Part shown: positions 1 through 9,728 of the stretch, piece by piece
How the letters are laid out: the number at the start of each line of letters is the position of its first letter
Position numbering within the stretch: the first letter of the stretch is position 1
Source of the DNA: an uncultured Gammaproteobacteria bacterium
GTDB taxonomy: Bacteria; Patescibacteriota; Microgenomatia; UBA12405
Direction: 5' to 3'
DNA: 64,000 bases
NCBI GenBank assembly: GCA_964448705.1
Contig: CAYUZS010000001.1
Span: forward strand, 45,601 to 109,600
Made by a program: the position numbers and the translations under genes
The notes under the pieces: generated by a model
Seen by the model: the letters and a program-made list of their open reading frames with translations, nothing else
What the model was told of the DNA's origin: nothing
Database searches by the model: none

Positions 1-393
1 GATTACAGCTTTTTTCAAAGTCAGCTTTTCATCTTTTTTGGGCAGATATTTAGAAACAAAAAGGTAAACCGTGGTCAACAAAAAGAAGTACGGCAAAAGG
101 TTGATGCTGCCAAAAATCATTTCTACTTGATCTTTTAGGAGAATCCCAACCAAAGCAGCGGGAAGAGAACCAATGAGAATGTAAATCAGGTTATCAAAAA
201 AGTATTTGAGTTGTTTACGAAAAAAGAAAAATACAGAAAAAAGAGTGGCAGTGTTGAGAAAAATATCGAAAGTTAATGACGGCTGAAAACCTAAAAAATG
301 TTGGGCTAAATTTAAGTGACCGGAAGATGAGATCGGCAAGAATTCAGTGACACCCTGAATAACAGCCAAAATTAAGGAGTGAAATAATGACAT
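1..393 (-). CDS. uppP: Undecaprenyl-diphosphatase UppP/BacA. The gene is partial: the start is at 393 and the 3' end runs off the left edge.
   Basis: Hand translation of the minus strand gives MSLFHSLILAVIQGVTEFLPISSSGHLNLAQHF... This contains the canonical UppP N-terminal motif GxTEFLPxSSxGHL followed by hydrophobic TM stretches. The frame stays open to position 1. It is absent from the ORF track because no stop codon lies inside the window. Confidence 0.75.
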   Translation of the reverse strand, partial: MSLFHSLILAVIQGVTEFLPISSSGHLNLAQHFLGFQPSLTFDIFLNTATLFSVFFFFRKQLKYFFDNLIYILIGSLPAALVGILLKDQVEMIFGSINLLPYFFLLTTVYLFVSKYLPKKDEKLTLKKAVI

Positions 394-438
394 GAGAAAA
401 TAGTAACATACAACTCCGTGGAAACGTAATCAAAAAGA

Positions 439-849
439 TTAACGCTTTGGAGATTGTTTTTGACGTCGGGCTTTACCACCGGTACCAACCATCCGTCTTT
501 CCCGAACCCGGGAATCAACTGTCAACAAACCAGCTGCTCTGAGAGCGGAGGTGTGTGTTTCATCAATTTTCTTAAGACAACGGGAAAGAGAAAGAACCAG
601 AGCATCCATTTGACCGGATTTTCCACCACCAATGATTTTAGCCTGAAAATAGTATTTACCTTCAGTTTCGGTGACGGCAAAAGGACGAAGATAAATTTTT
701 TCGTCATGCTGTCCCGGAAAATATTTGGAAACTTCCATTCCATTTACATGTGATTCAGATTTCCCGGTATACAGTTTAGCTGATGATACGGCAGATTTAC
801 GTCTTCCGATAGCTGCAATATAAGTGTTTTTGTTATTTGATTTTGTCAT
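439..849 (-). CDS. rpsI: 30S ribosomal protein S9
   Basis: The conserved S9 C-terminus (GGGKSGQ...ARRQKQSPKR) is present. The start was chosen at MTKSNN (cat at 847-849), which gives a typical ~136 aa length. It follows rplM, as in many bacteria. Confidence 0.9.
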   Translation of the reverse strand: MTKSNNKNTYIAAIGRRKSAVSSAKLYTGKSESHVNGMEVSKYFPGQHDEKIYLRPFAVTETEGKYYFQAKIIGGGKSGQMDALVLSLSRCLKKIDETHTSALRAAGLLTVDSRVRERRMVGTGGKARRQKQSPKR

Positions 850-1252
850 TGTAAGGATGTTCTGAACCAACAAATATTTTTAATCTAGTCATCCGGTCAT
901 GTCGGAGTTTGTTTTTAGGAAGCATTCCCAGAACACCATGATGAATCACCTTTCGGGGATCGCTTTTCATAAGCTGTCCGAGGGTGAATTCCTTAAGATG
1001 ACCAGCATAACCAGTATGATGATAGTAGATCTTTTCAGTTAATTTTTTACCGGTAACCTGGATGTTTTTAGCATTTATAGCCACAACATAATCCCCAGCG
1101 TCGCGATTAGGAGAATAATCAACTTTATTTTTTCCCTGAAGAAGGGTAGCAATTTTGACAGAGATACGACCAAGAGTCTGACCGTTTAGGTCGACTAAAT
1201 GCCATTGTCTATCAATATTGTTGCCTTTGGTGACTGTGGTTTTAGATTTCAT
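833..1252 (-). CDS. rplM: 50S ribosomal protein L13
   Basis: The protein is 139 aa and shares the L13 profile with E. coli L13 (WHLVDLNGQTLGRIS..AINA.....TGKK). Gene order is rplM-rpsI. Confidence 0.9.
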   Translation of the reverse strand: MKSKTTVTKGNNIDRQWHLVDLNGQTLGRISVKIATLLQGKNKVDYSPNRDAGDYVVAINAKNIQVTGKKLTEKIYYHHTGYAGHLKEFTLGQLMKSDPRKVIHHGVLGMLPKNKLRHDRMTRLKIFVGSEHPYNDKIK

Positions 1253-1719
1253 GATTTCTTAACAGCTTTTTTAACAACCGATTTTTTGGGAGCCGGTTTG
1301 GATTTGGAAATTGCTTTTTTATCTTTAACTTCCTCTTTAACCTCAGCTTTTTTCAAAGTATAAGGTTTAACAAAAGAAAGTTTAACAATTAAAGCATCAT
1401 CACCACGGCGAATTTTGACATTCCACATTTTAGTAAAATTAGAAGTCTGGCCGTTGAATACCTCTAAGAATGAGCGGTAGACATCGCTGACAAAATTACG
1501 ATCCTGAAAATATTTTGATAATTCCCGTTGGGCATTAACAATATCTTTAGTGGTGATGGAATGAGCCAGCTTTTCAACTGTAGGAACAACAGCTTTAGCT
1601 TTAGCCTGAGTAGTTTCGATGGCACCATAGGTGAACATTGATTTGGCTAAAGATTTGAACAAAGCCTGTCGTTCATGATGATTGCGGCCGAGTTTTTTTC
1701 CAAAAATACGATGATTCAT
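1249..1719 (-). CDS. rplQ: 50S ribosomal protein L17
   Basis: The N-terminus MNHR.FGKKLGRN.. matches the L17 signature. It sits downstream of rpoA, as in the alpha operon. There is a Lys-rich C-terminal tail. Confidence 0.9.
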   Translation of the reverse strand: MNHRIFGKKLGRNHHERQALFKSLAKSMFTYGAIETTQAKAKAVVPTVEKLAHSITTKDIVNAQRELSKYFQDRNFVSDVYRSFLEVFNGQTSNFTKMWNVKIRRGDDALIVKLSFVKPYTLKKAEVKEEVKDKKAISKSKPAPKKSVVKKAVKKS

Positions 1720-1722
1720 AGT

Positions 1723-2640
1723 TTATTTCCAAGAAAAATTCTTTTCCTTCAACCAATTATCAATAACTTTTAATGATTTTTCACCGACGTTTTTAGCTTT
1801 GCTTACTTCCTGACGACCACCTTTGATAAGGTTTTCGATAGTGATGTAACCGGCTTTTTTAAGAGCATTGGTAACCCGAAGCGGTAATTCAATTTCTTCA
1901 ATCGACATATCCAATCCGGAAACTGAAGGGTTGGAAGCTAAAGTGACTACTTCCTCATCAAATTCTTTGGGATCAACGATTTGAGACAAAGAATTAATCA
2001 TGTCTTTAGCGGCAAATTTAAGGGCAGTTAAAGGATTAATGGAACCATCGGTCCAAATTTCCATGGTTAATTTGTCGTAATTACTCTTTTTACCTAAACG
2101 GGTTGGCTCAACTTCATAATTAGCTTTGAGAACAGGAGTGAAGGTGGAATCTAAAATAATTTCACCGACGACATCTGTTTTTTGTTCTTTAGCTAAGGTG
2201 TAACCAACTCCCCTCTCAATAGTTAAGGAAATATTGAGAACAGTTTTTGAATCGGTAATAGTGGCAATATATTGATCAGGATTGGAAACATGACAAAGAT
2301 CGTTGCCAATAATATCCTTGGCGGTAACAATACCGGCACCTTTTTTAGTTAATTCCAGAACAATCGGTTCTTCTTTGGAATAAGTAAACTTAACTTTTTT
2401 GAGGTTGAGGGAAATATCGACCAAATCTTCTTTAATGCCCGGAAGAGTGGTGAAAAGATGATTGGCACCATCGACTCTGATTCTGGTGATAGCAGCACCG
2501 GGGATAGTGATTAACAGAATTCGTCTTAAACTGTTGCCGAGAGTGTGACCGAAACCGCCAATTAAAGGTGATAACTCATATTTGCCATAAGTGGCAGAGT
2601 CTTTAATGGCTTTAATATGAAACTTGCTGGTGTCTATCAT
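1723..2640 (-). CDS. rpoA: DNA-directed RNA polymerase alpha subunit
   Basis: The protein is 305 aa with a conserved alpha NTD (GxGxTLGNSLRRILL) and a CTD. It occupies the alpha-operon position. Confidence 0.95.
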   Translation of the reverse strand: MIDTSKFHIKAIKDSATYGKYELSPLIGGFGHTLGNSLRRILLITIPGAAITRIRVDGANHLFTTLPGIKEDLVDISLNLKKVKFTYSKEEPIVLELTKKGAGIVTAKDIIGNDLCHVSNPDQYIATITDSKTVLNISLTIERGVGYTLAKEQKTDVVGEIILDSTFTPVLKANYEVEPTRLGKKSNYDKLTMEIWTDGSINPLTALKFAAKDMINSLSQIVDPKEFDEEVVTLASNPSVSGLDMSIEEIELPLRVTNALKKAGYITIENLIKGGRQEVSKAKNVGEKSLKVIDNWLKEKNFSWK

Positions 2641-2651
2641 ATATTTCTCCT

Positions 2652-3284
2652 TTATCGGGAATAGTATTCAATTATTAAATTAATATCGATTCCTTGGTTG
2701 AGATCCTCAGATGAAGGATCAGAGACGACAGAAACCGTGTATTTGGATTTATTTAGGTCGAGCCATTGAGGCGTTTTAAAATCTTTATCGGCCATACGGA
2801 TAGTATCACCGAATTTTGAAATTGCAACTTTATCTAAGGAGACAATTTCTCCATTTTTTAGATGATGAGAAGCAACATTAAGAGGTTTTCCGTCAACCAG
2901 AACATGTTTATGACTAATCAATTGTTTAGCGTGGGAACGGGAAAGTGAAAGTCCGGATTCAAAAATAACGTTATCGAGTCTTCTGCTTAAGAGAATCATT
3001 AAATTATCACCGACCAAACCTTTTAAGTTTTTGGCTTTAAGATAATAGTTTTTAAATTGAGTTTCCTGAACACCATAAATACGTTTTGCTTTTTGTTTGG
3101 CACGAAGCTGAATACCATAATCAGTCGGTTTTTTAGCTCTTTTTATACCATGCATACCAGGAGCAACAGCGCCTTTCTTTTCGATAGGACATTTAGATGA
3201 AAGACATCTGGCACCTTTAAGATAAAGTTTGGTACCGGCAGCCCGACATAATCGGCATTTGGAATCTAAGGTAATTCTTGACAT
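2652..3284 (-). CDS. rpsD: 30S ribosomal protein S4
   Basis: The protein is 210 aa with the S4 N-terminal Zn-ribbon-like CRLCRAAG..KGARC..KC region and an S4 domain. Confidence 0.95.
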   Translation of the reverse strand: MSRITLDSKCRLCRAAGTKLYLKGARCLSSKCPIEKKGAVAPGMHGIKRAKKPTDYGIQLRAKQKAKRIYGVQETQFKNYYLKAKNLKGLVGDNLMILLSRRLDNVIFESGLSLSRSHAKQLISHKHVLVDGKPLNVASHHLKNGEIVSLDKVAISKFGDTIRMADKDFKTPQWLDLNKSKYTVSVVSDPSSEDLNQGIDINLIIEYYSR

Positions 3285-3288
3285 AAAT

Positions 3289-3708
3289 TTATACTCTTCT
3301 AGCTTTAGGCGGTCTGGGACCGTTGTGAGGAATCGGGGTGATGTCGGAAATCATTTCAACGTCAAAATCTCTTTTGGTACGTAGAAAACGAAGAGTGGCA
3401 TCGCGACCAACTCCGGGACCTTTTAAATAAACTTCTAATTTTTTAATACCATATTTTTTAGCAGATTCGAGTGTTCTCTCGATGGCAGTAGTAGCGGCAA
3501 AAGGAGTAGATTTTTTAGCACCTTTAAAACCACAGTGACCGGATGAAGACCAAGCAAGAGTATTACCTTTACCGTCGGTAACGGAAACGATAGTGTTATT
3601 GAAAGAGGATTTAACGTAAAGTCTGCCCTCGGCAATATTTTTATAGACCTTCTTTTTGGAAGAAGTGACTTTTTTAGAGGTAGAATTTTTGGTTTTAGTT
3701 TCTGGCAT
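3289..3708 (-). CDS. rpsK: 30S ribosomal protein S11
   Basis: The protein is 139 aa with conserved S11 core motifs (...SSSGHCGFKGAKKSTPFAA.....PGVGRD...). Confidence 0.95.
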   Translation of the reverse strand: MPETKTKNSTSKKVTSSKKKVYKNIAEGRLYVKSSFNNTIVSVTDGKGNTLAWSSSGHCGFKGAKKSTPFAATTAIERTLESAKKYGIKKLEVYLKGPGVGRDATLRFLRTKRDFDVEMISDITPIPHNGPRPPKARRV

Positions 3709-3711
3709 AGT

Positions 3712-4131
3712 TTATTTATTGCTGGCAACTGAAGCAGCTTTTTGCTGAGTTTCAATTTTTGCCCAAGCTTCTTTAGTAAGTGAACCGACAGTTTTCTTTT
3801 TACCTTTACGGGTACGAGAATTGGATTTAGTTCGTTGACCACGAGCAGGAAGGCTGACAATATGTCGAATACCGCGATAGCATTTAATGGCTTTTAAACG
3901 ATCAATGTTTTCGCGAACTTCTTTCTTTAAATCTCCCTCGACTACAAAACTTTCCAAAGCTTTCATCAAATTACTGATGTCATCACGGGAAAAATCTTTG
4001 ATACGGGTATTAAGATCAATGTTGGCTAATTTGGCTAATTTAATGACATTAACGGGGCCGATACCATAAAAACGAGTTAAGCCTACTTGTGCTCTTTCGT
4101 TGTCAGGAATTTCTATACCAGATATTCTCAT
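3712..4131 (-). CDS. rpsM: 30S ribosomal protein S13, with a C-terminal basic extension
   Basis: The N-terminus MRISGIEIPDNERAQVGLTRFYGIG is a typical S13 start. At 139 aa it is about 20 aa longer than usual because of a basic tail. Confidence 0.95.
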   Translation of the reverse strand: MRISGIEIPDNERAQVGLTRFYGIGPVNVIKLAKLANIDLNTRIKDFSRDDISNLMKALESFVVEGDLKKEVRENIDRLKAIKCYRGIRHIVSLPARGQRTKSNSRTRKGKKKTVGSLTKEAWAKIETQQKAASVASNK

Positions 4132-4140
4132 ATATTTAAT

Positions 4141-4254
4141 TTAGCCCTGTTTTTGGGTATGTCTTTTAGTGGAACAAATAACCCGCCGAACACCCCTGCG
4201 GATAACAATTTTGCAGTTTTTGCAACGACGTTTTATGCTTGATTTGACTTTCAT
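4141..4254 (-). CDS. rpmJ: 50S ribosomal protein L36
   Basis: Hand translation gives [37 protein letters not shown] (37 aa). This is a near-perfect L36 consensus, including the C..C...C....H zinc ribbon. It sits between infA and rpsM as expected, and was too short for the ORF track. Confidence 0.88.
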   Translation of the reverse strand: MKVKSSIKRRCKNCKIVIRRGVRRVICSTKRHTQKQG

Positions 4255-4269
4255 ACTTGAGACTTGGAT

Positions 4270-4298
4270 ATTGTAACCTAAAACAGCGCCAATATCAA
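4270..4298 (-). promoter_or_regulatory. Candidate sigma70-type promoter for the rpmJ-rpsM-rpsK-rpsD-rpoA-rplQ operon
   Basis: On the minus strand, TTGATA is followed by a 17 nt spacer and TACAAT, about 15 nt upstream of the rpmJ ATG. The match is by eye to the -35/-10 consensus only. Confidence 0.35.
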
Positions 4299-4381
4299 AG
4301 AGTAAATTGCATTTTAACCGTGTTTAAGAAGAATACGGTTTTTAGTAATTATTTTATGTAACTATTAAGTATATAAAACAC

Positions 4382-4585
4382 TTAGCCGCGATAAACAATA
4401 CGGCCTTTTTCACCTTCCGGTGAGAGAACAAGTGAAACTGAGTCTCCTGCTAAACATCGGATATGATTCATCCTTAGTTTACCAGCCAGATGACAAATAA
4501 TTTCCTTATCGGTCTCGAGTTTAACCCGAAATAACTGATTAGGCAAGACTTCAGTGACAATACCACGAACAGTAGGTTCTTTCAT
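4382..4585 (-). CDS. infA: Translation initiation factor IF-1
   Basis: The protein is 67 aa with an S1-like fold sequence (RGIVTEVLPNQLFRVKLE.......GKLR.....L.GD.V) matching IF-1. Confidence 0.95.
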   Translation of the reverse strand: MKEPTVRGIVTEVLPNQLFRVKLETDKEIICHLAGKLRMNHIRCLAGDSVSLVLSPEGEKGRIVYRG

Positions 4586-4591
4586 GAAAGT

Positions 4592-5176
4592 TTAATTAAT
4601 AATTTGATCAATTTTTTTAACAATATCGGCAAAAATAGGCTCGACAGGACGATTGCCGTCGACGTCGAACAATAAATTTTTAGAACGGAAATATTCTTTA
4701 ATCGGATCAATAGTTTCATTATAAGTTTTTTGACGGGTAGCAACGGCTTGGGGAGTATTGTCGGAGCGGGAGGAATCCTGAAATTCGGTTCCCATTTTTT
4801 CTCTTCTGGCGGCAATTTCGTCGAAGGTAAGATTGAGGTGAATTAACAAAGAAAACGGCAAATTTTTCTTTTTAAGAAAAAGTTCAATGATTCTTCCCTG
4901 ATTTAAAACTCGGGGAAAACCATCAATAATAAAGTTCTGATAGTCAATTTGAGATAAGCGGTTGACCAAAATATCAAAAACCAGATCGTCGGGAGCCCAC
5001 GTGCCGGCATCGACATAAGATTTGGCTTCAAGACCGAAGCCGCTGCCGGAAGCAATTTCTTCCCGAAGAATTTCTCCGGTCGAGAGATGTTTTAAATTAT
5101 ATTTTTCGGCGATTAACTTGGCTTGGGTAGATTTACCGCAGCCGCTGGGACCGATGATGAATAAATTTAAAGGCAT
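4592..5176 (-). CDS. adk: Adenylate kinase
   Basis: It has a P-loop IIGPSGCGKSTQ, a LID region and NMP-binding motifs. It lies in the secY-adk-infA arrangement. Confidence 0.9.
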   Translation of the reverse strand: MPLNLFIIGPSGCGKSTQAKLIAEKYNLKHLSTGEILREEIASGSGFGLEAKSYVDAGTWAPDDLVFDILVNRLSQIDYQNFIIDGFPRVLNQGRIIELFLKKKNLPFSLLIHLNLTFDEIAARREKMGTEFQDSSRSDNTPQAVATRQKTYNETIDPIKEYFRSKNLLFDVDGNRPVEPIFADIVKKIDQIIN

Positions 5177-6456
5177 TAGTAAGTTAGTTTATCGTAATTA
5201 TAAGTTTGCACAACATTTTCGATTTTGCGGGTAAGTTCGATGACGACCGAAACCACGATCAGAACAGAGGTACCGCCGATAGTTAAAGCAGTGATGCCAC
5301 TGAATTTCGAGACTAAAGAAGGAGTGACAGCAATCAAACCCAAGAAAACAGCCCCGATAGCAATAACCCGATTAGTTAAATATTTTAATCTTTTTTCAGT
5401 CGCTATTCCCGGACGAATACCCGGTAAGAAACCTCCGGATTTTCTCAACTCTTCAGCAATATCTTTTGGTTTAAAGACAACTGAAGTGTAGAAAAAAGTA
5501 AAACCAATAACCAGCAAAAAGTAAAAAAGAATATAAATGTAACCATTAGTATTAAAGATACGGGAAATAGTAGTAGCAGCGGAAGCAATGGCCTGATTTG
5601 GAACACGACTTAAATATTGACCGGCCAAAGAAGGTACAGTTGCTAAAGAGACGGCAAAAATTATCGGCATAACGCCGGCGGTATCAACTTTTATCGGCAA
5701 ATATGTGGTTTGGGCACGTTTGGCATAATGAATCGGAATCCGGAGAACTGCTTCTTCAACCATAACTATGGCAAAAACCATAACTATAGCCAAAGCTAAA
5801 AAGATGATCATATTGAGGGTGTTTTGGGGATTAGAAAAATCGGTGATGCTGATAGCCTGCATGGCACTGACAGGAAAACGGGAAACGATACCAGCAAAAA
5901 TTATCATAGAAATACCATTGCCAACTCCAAACTGATTGATGAGTTGGCCTAAAAATATCATAATCATAGTTCCGGCCAACATACTGAGAACCAAAGCAAT
6001 CAGAGTAAAGGGATCAAGAGTACCGATGATATTTTGAGAATGAAGAATTCCATACATACCTAAAGCCTGAACGATAGCCAAAGGAATAGTGGCAATCCGG
6101 GTATATTGATTTATTTTAGCCCGACCATACTCCCCTTCTTTACTTAATTCTTCCAGTTTAGGGCTGACCAATTGGAGAAGTTGAAGCATAACTGAGGCAT
6201 TAATATATGGATTAAGACCAAGAGCGACTATGGAAAAATTGGCTAAAGTACCACCGGAAAAGATATCCAAAAGGGATAACAATTGATTTTGAGAGAAGAA
6301 ACTTTTAAGCAAAGCTAAATTGACACCGGGAACAGGAATATGAGCAACAAATCTAAAAAATACCAACACTGCTAAAGTTATTCCTATTTTTTGCCGTAGA
6401 AGTGGGGTTTTTAGACCTTCGATGTATAAAGAGAGAGATTTTACAATCTGATTCAT
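5176..6456 (-). CDS. secY: Preprotein translocase subunit SecY
   Basis: The protein is 426 aa and polytopic (10 TM). Its position after rplO is conserved. Confidence 0.95.
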   Translation of the reverse strand: MNQIVKSLSLYIEGLKTPLLRQKIGITLAVLVFFRFVAHIPVPGVNLALLKSFFSQNQLLSLLDIFSGGTLANFSIVALGLNPYINASVMLQLLQLVSPKLEELSKEGEYGRAKINQYTRIATIPLAIVQALGMYGILHSQNIIGTLDPFTLIALVLSMLAGTMIMIFLGQLINQFGVGNGISMIIFAGIVSRFPVSAMQAISITDFSNPQNTLNMIIFLALAIVMVFAIVMVEEAVLRIPIHYAKRAQTTYLPIKVDTAGVMPIIFAVSLATVPSLAGQYLSRVPNQAIASAATTISRIFNTNGYIYILFYFLLVIGFTFFYTSVVFKPKDIAEELRKSGGFLPGIRPGIATEKRLKYLTNRVIAIGAVFLGLIAVTPSLVSKFSGITALTIGGTSVLIVVSVVIELTRKIENVVQTYNYDKLTY

Positions 6457-6905
6457 TATTCTATCTTACCACCAGCAGTGATAATCAGGTTTCGAGCATT
6501 TTGAGAAAAGCCAATGCCTTTGAAGACTAAAGCTTTAGTCAGACTACCATTGGATAGAATCTTAACTTTACCGGTAAGAGTTTTTTCGGATATTTTTGTA
6601 ATCTTGGAAATAGCTTTAATGTCGACGACATCATTAGCAGAAAACATTTTTTCGAGATCGTTAAGATTAAAAACAAAAAGTTTTTTCTGGGCAAGAACGC
6701 GGTGTTTACCCCGAAGAAAAGGAGTTCTTTTGATCCAACCTTTTTTGATTTTGGTACCGTCAAAAGTAATTTTAGTTTTTCCACGAACTTTATCACCTTT
6801 AGCTCCACGACCGGTAGTGTGACCACCGACACCGGAACCGTAACCACGGCCGACACGTTTTTGTTGTTTTTTAGTTGATTTTGGAAGTTGAGTTAAGATC
6901 TCCAT
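6456..6905 (-). CDS. rplO: 50S ribosomal protein L15
   Basis: The start was chosen at [13 protein letters not shown].. (cat at 6903-6905). [19 protein letters not shown] is the L15 glycine-rich signature. The ATG lies only 2 nt from the rpsE stop, so there is no room for rpmD. Confidence 0.9.
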   Translation of the reverse strand: MEILTQLPKSTKKQQKRVGRGYGSGVGGHTTGRGAKGDKVRGKTKITFDGTKIKKGWIKRTPFLRGKHRVLAQKKLFVFNLNDLEKMFSANDVVDIKAISKITKISEKTLTGKVKILSNGSLTKALVFKGIGFSQNARNLIITAGGKIE

Positions 6906-6907
6906 AG

Positions 6908-7381
6908 TTATTTTTTGAGCAGATCCAAAGCCTGCATAGTAGCCCAAACATTAATTGATTTTGTTTTAGAACCAACGATTTTACTGACCACATCTTTGAT
7001 ACCAGCCAGTTCGATAACTGATCTTACAGGGCCGCCGGCAATTAAACCTGAACCTTCTTTTCCGGGACGAATAATGACAATTGCACCTTTGAATTTAAGT
7101 TTGATTTCATCGGTTATAGTGCCATTGACGATGTTAACTTCAATCATACTTTTTCTGGCTTTTTGAATGGCTTTTTGAATGGCATCGGCCACACTTTTAG
7201 CCCGGGCATGACCAACACCGACACGGGATTTTTTGTCGCCGCTGGCAACCAAAGCAGTAAAAGAAATTTGGTTTCCACCTTTAGTTTTCTTACTGACTCT
7301 TTTTATTTCGATAACCTTATCGGTAAATTCCGATTCCGGTTTATCCATATTTCTGATTTGTTTATTTTCGAAATCTGACAT
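6908..7381 (-). CDS. rpsE: 30S ribosomal protein S5
   Basis: The protein is 157 aa with an S5 dsRBD-like N domain and a C domain (VVGDG.G.VG.G.AK). Confidence 0.95.
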   Translation of the reverse strand: MSDFENKQIRNMDKPESEFTDKVIEIKRVSKKTKGGNQISFTALVASGDKKSRVGVGHARAKSVADAIQKAIQKARKSMIEVNIVNGTITDEIKLKFKGAIVIIRPGKEGSGLIAGGPVRSVIELAGIKDVVSKIVGSKTKSINVWATMQALDLLKK

Positions 7382-7384
7382 AAT

Positions 7385-7723
7385 TTAAAATTTTAGACCT
7401 TTAGCCCGTGCAGCATCGGCCAAAGCTTTAACCCGACCGTGGTATTTGTATAGACCGCGATCAAAACGAATATTGATAATATTTTTTTTAACAGCAATTT
7501 TGGCAATTTCTTCGCCGACCTTAGCAGCGATTTCTGTTTTGGTGCCTTTAACTTTAACCGCTTTTGAGGAAAAAGCAGCCAAAGTTTTTCCATGTTTGTC
7601 GTCTATAATTTGAGCCGAAGTGTAGCGATTGCTGCGAAAAACTGACAGACGGGGAATACCCAAGTTTTTAGCAATTTTGTTTCGGACACGATTTAATCGA
7701 CGTTGTTTTTGATCAGTAATCAT
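7385..7723 (-). CDS. rplR: 50S ribosomal protein L18
   Basis: The protein is 112 aa with the L18 signature (R..RLSV.RSN....Q.ID) and sits in the spc operon position. Confidence 0.93.
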   Translation of the reverse strand: MITDQKQRRLNRVRNKIAKNLGIPRLSVFRSNRYTSAQIIDDKHGKTLAAFSSKAVKVKGTKTEIAAKVGEEIAKIAVKKNIINIRFDRGLYKYHGRVKALADAARAKGLKF

Positions 7724-7729
7724 AATTTT

Positions 7730-8269
7730 TTAGGCTTTAGCGGTTTTACCGGCTTTGAGCTTGATAAATTCATTAAGATAACGGATACCTTTACCTTTAT
7801 AAGGTTCAGGAGTTCTTATTTTACGAATATTGCTGGCTGTTTGTCCAACAGTTATTTTATCAATTCCGGAAACAGTTAACTTGGTATCTTCATCCAATTG
7901 AAAAAATACACCTTCTGGGGCGACAACTTCAACAGGATTAATGTAACCGGCAGTAACGGTGAGTTTATTGCCGTTGACGGCAAATTTGTAACCGGTTCCC
8001 CGGATTTCTAATTGTTTAATCCAAGGAGTGACCATTCCGGTAACCATATTGTTAAGACGGGCCCGAATAGTACCATGATTGGATTTTACTTTTTTGTCTT
8101 CCGATAAACGGGTAACAATTATTTGATTGTCTTTAATTTCGACATTAATTTTAAGAGGGATAGCCAAAGTTAAAACACCTTTAGAACCGGTGACAGTTAC
8201 CAGGCGGTTGTCCAAAGAGACAGTAACATTTTCGGGGATAGTGATGGGAAGATTTCCAATTCTTGACAT
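7730..8269 (-). CDS. rplF: 50S ribosomal protein L6
   Basis: The protein is 179 aa. The N-terminus MSRIGNLPITIPENVTVSL is a typical L6 start. Confidence 0.95.
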   Translation of the reverse strand: MSRIGNLPITIPENVTVSLDNRLVTVTGSKGVLTLAIPLKINVEIKDNQIIVTRLSEDKKVKSNHGTIRARLNNMVTGMVTPWIKQLEIRGTGYKFAVNGNKLTVTAGYINPVEVVAPEGVFFQLDEDTKLTVSGIDKITVGQTASNIRKIRTPEPYKGKGIRYLNEFIKLKAGKTAKA

Positions 8270-8275
8270 ATTTGA

Positions 8276-8665
8276 TTACCAAATTTCGGCGATTATTTCT
8301 CCACCAAGATTTTTGGCTTTAGCCTCTTTTTGAGACATAACACCGGATGAAGTGGAGACAACAATTAATGAGTTTTTGGTTTTTCCCCAAGGTAAGGCAT
8401 GCTTTTTTTCATAAACCCGACGACCGGGTTTAGAAAAAAGATGAATGTCGTAAATTTTGGGTTCTAAACCATTGTAAGCAAGAGTGACAGTGATTTCTTT
8501 CTTTAAATCATCAGCAACAGAATAATCGGAAATGTAGCCGTATTTTTTCATTACAGCAGCAATAGAAGTGCTGAATTTGGAACCAGGAGCAGTGATAGTC
8601 TTACGACCGGCACGGGATCCATTTTTTATTCTGATTAAGAAATCGTTAGAAAGTGAAAATATCAT
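8276..8665 (-). CDS. rpsH: 30S ribosomal protein S8
   Basis: The protein is 129 aa. The N-terminus DFLIRIKNGSRAG and the C-terminal GGEII.EIW are S8 signatures. Confidence 0.95.
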   Translation of the reverse strand: MIFSLSNDFLIRIKNGSRAGRKTITAPGSKFSTSIAAVMKKYGYISDYSVADDLKKEITVTLAYNGLEPKIYDIHLFSKPGRRVYEKKHALPWGKTKNSLIVVSTSSGVMSQKEAKAKNLGGEIIAEIW

Positions 8666-8671
8666 AATTGA

Positions 8672-8857
8672 TTACCAGCTTGCTTTTTTAACACCCGGTA
8701 GGGCACCGGTATTGGCCAATTTGCGAAAACACAAACGGCAGATACCGAATAAACGAATATAGGCATGTGGACGACCACAAATTTGACAACGATTATGATG
8801 TCTGACAGAGTATTTTAGTTTTTTTGATTCTCTTACTATTTTTGCAGTGGTAGCCAT
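8672..8857 (-). CDS. rpsZ: 30S ribosomal protein S14 type Z (zinc-binding)
   Basis: The protein is 61 aa with a [22 protein letters not shown] zinc ribbon. It lies between rplE and rpsH. Confidence 0.93.
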   Translation of the reverse strand: MATTAKIVRESKKLKYSVRHHNRCQICGRPHAYIRLFGICRLCFRKLANTGALPGVKKASW

Positions 8858-8861
8858 ATGT

Positions 8862-9398
8862 TTAATTTTTCTCGAATGGAAAGCCTAGGGCGGATAATAA
8901 CATTTTTGCTTCAGGTTGAGAAGTAGCAGAAATGTTGAGAGTGATCTGAACACTTCTGATTTTATTTATTTTATCAAGATTTATCTCGGGAAAATAAGTT
9001 TGATCTTTGATAGTGAGGTTGTAGTTACCATCCTTATCAAAAGACTGGAGAGACATACCTTTGAAGTCACGAAGACGGGGAAGAACGATGTTAAATAGTT
9101 TTTCAATGAAATGGTACATTCTTAAACCACGAAGAGTAACTTTGAAAGCCAAAGGCTCGCCTTCACGAAGTTTAAATGTAGAAATAGATTTTTTGGAACG
9201 ACAAAGTTTTGGTTTTTGACCGGTGATAGAGGTGATTTCCACCTCGGCGGCGTTCAAATTTTCCTGGCTGTCGCGGCCATCAGAGACACGATAATTAATG
9301 ACCACTTTCTTGAGTTTAGGAAGAGAGTTGAGATTTCTTTTCGGGAATTCGGCAACTAATTTCTCGGCAACGTTGATTTCAAATTTATTTTTAGCCAT
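8862..9398 (-). CDS. rplE: 50S ribosomal protein L5
   Basis: The protein is 178 aa with an L5 profile, in the spc operon position. Confidence 0.93.
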   Translation of the reverse strand: MAKNKFEINVAEKLVAEFPKRNLNSLPKLKKVVINYRVSDGRDSQENLNAAEVEITSITGQKPKLCRSKKSISTFKLREGEPLAFKVTLRGLRMYHFIEKLFNIVLPRLRDFKGMSLQSFDKDGNYNLTIKDQTYFPEINLDKINKIRSVQITLNISATSQPEAKMLLSALGFPFEKN

Positions 9399-9402
9399 AG
9401 TT

Positions 9403-9726
9403 TTATTTAGTAGTTTTACCGGATAACAAGGATTGACATTTTTTGCAGATCCGATATTTGGTTCCGGATTTGTCGATTTGATAGGCTACCCGAGTAGTTT
9501 TTTGACAGCTGGGGCAAACCAGGATAACTTTGGAAACTAATAGAGGACGTTCTTTCTCGATGATACCGCCTTTTTGATTTTGTTTACCTTTAAGATGTTT
9601 CTTGAAAAGATTCATGCCTTTGACGACAACTTTGCTGGTTTTAGGAAAAACACGGACAACTTCGCCGATACGGCCCTTATCTTTGCCAATCAAGACTTTA
9701 ACTTTATCAGATTTAATAATTTTCAT
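9403..9726 (-). CDS. rplX: 50S ribosomal protein L24, with an unusual C-terminal CxxC...CxxC motif
   Basis: The N-terminus has the KOW motif (KVLIGKDKGRIGEVVRV). The C-terminus reads CPSCQKTTRVAYQIDKSGTKYRICKKCQ. Confidence 0.9.
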   Translation of the reverse strand: MKIIKSDKVKVLIGKDKGRIGEVVRVFPKTSKVVVKGMNLFKKHLKGKQNQKGGIIEKERPLLVSKVILVCPSCQKTTRVAYQIDKSGTKYRICKKCQSLLSGKTTK

Positions 9727-9728
9727 AA

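Noticed and set aside
3435-3860. ORF-track entries embedded in or antisense to strong genes. This one is a 141 aa ORF inside rpsK/rpsM. Similar cases are 522-743, 5225-5491, 6539-6856, 14164-14520, 15253-15693, 24487-24933, 44382-44738 and others.
   Set aside because: They are fully overlapped by highly conserved ribosomal or housekeeping genes in another frame or strand. They are low-complexity, hydrophobic and Lys-rich translations typical of AT-rich antisense frames, with no family resemblance.
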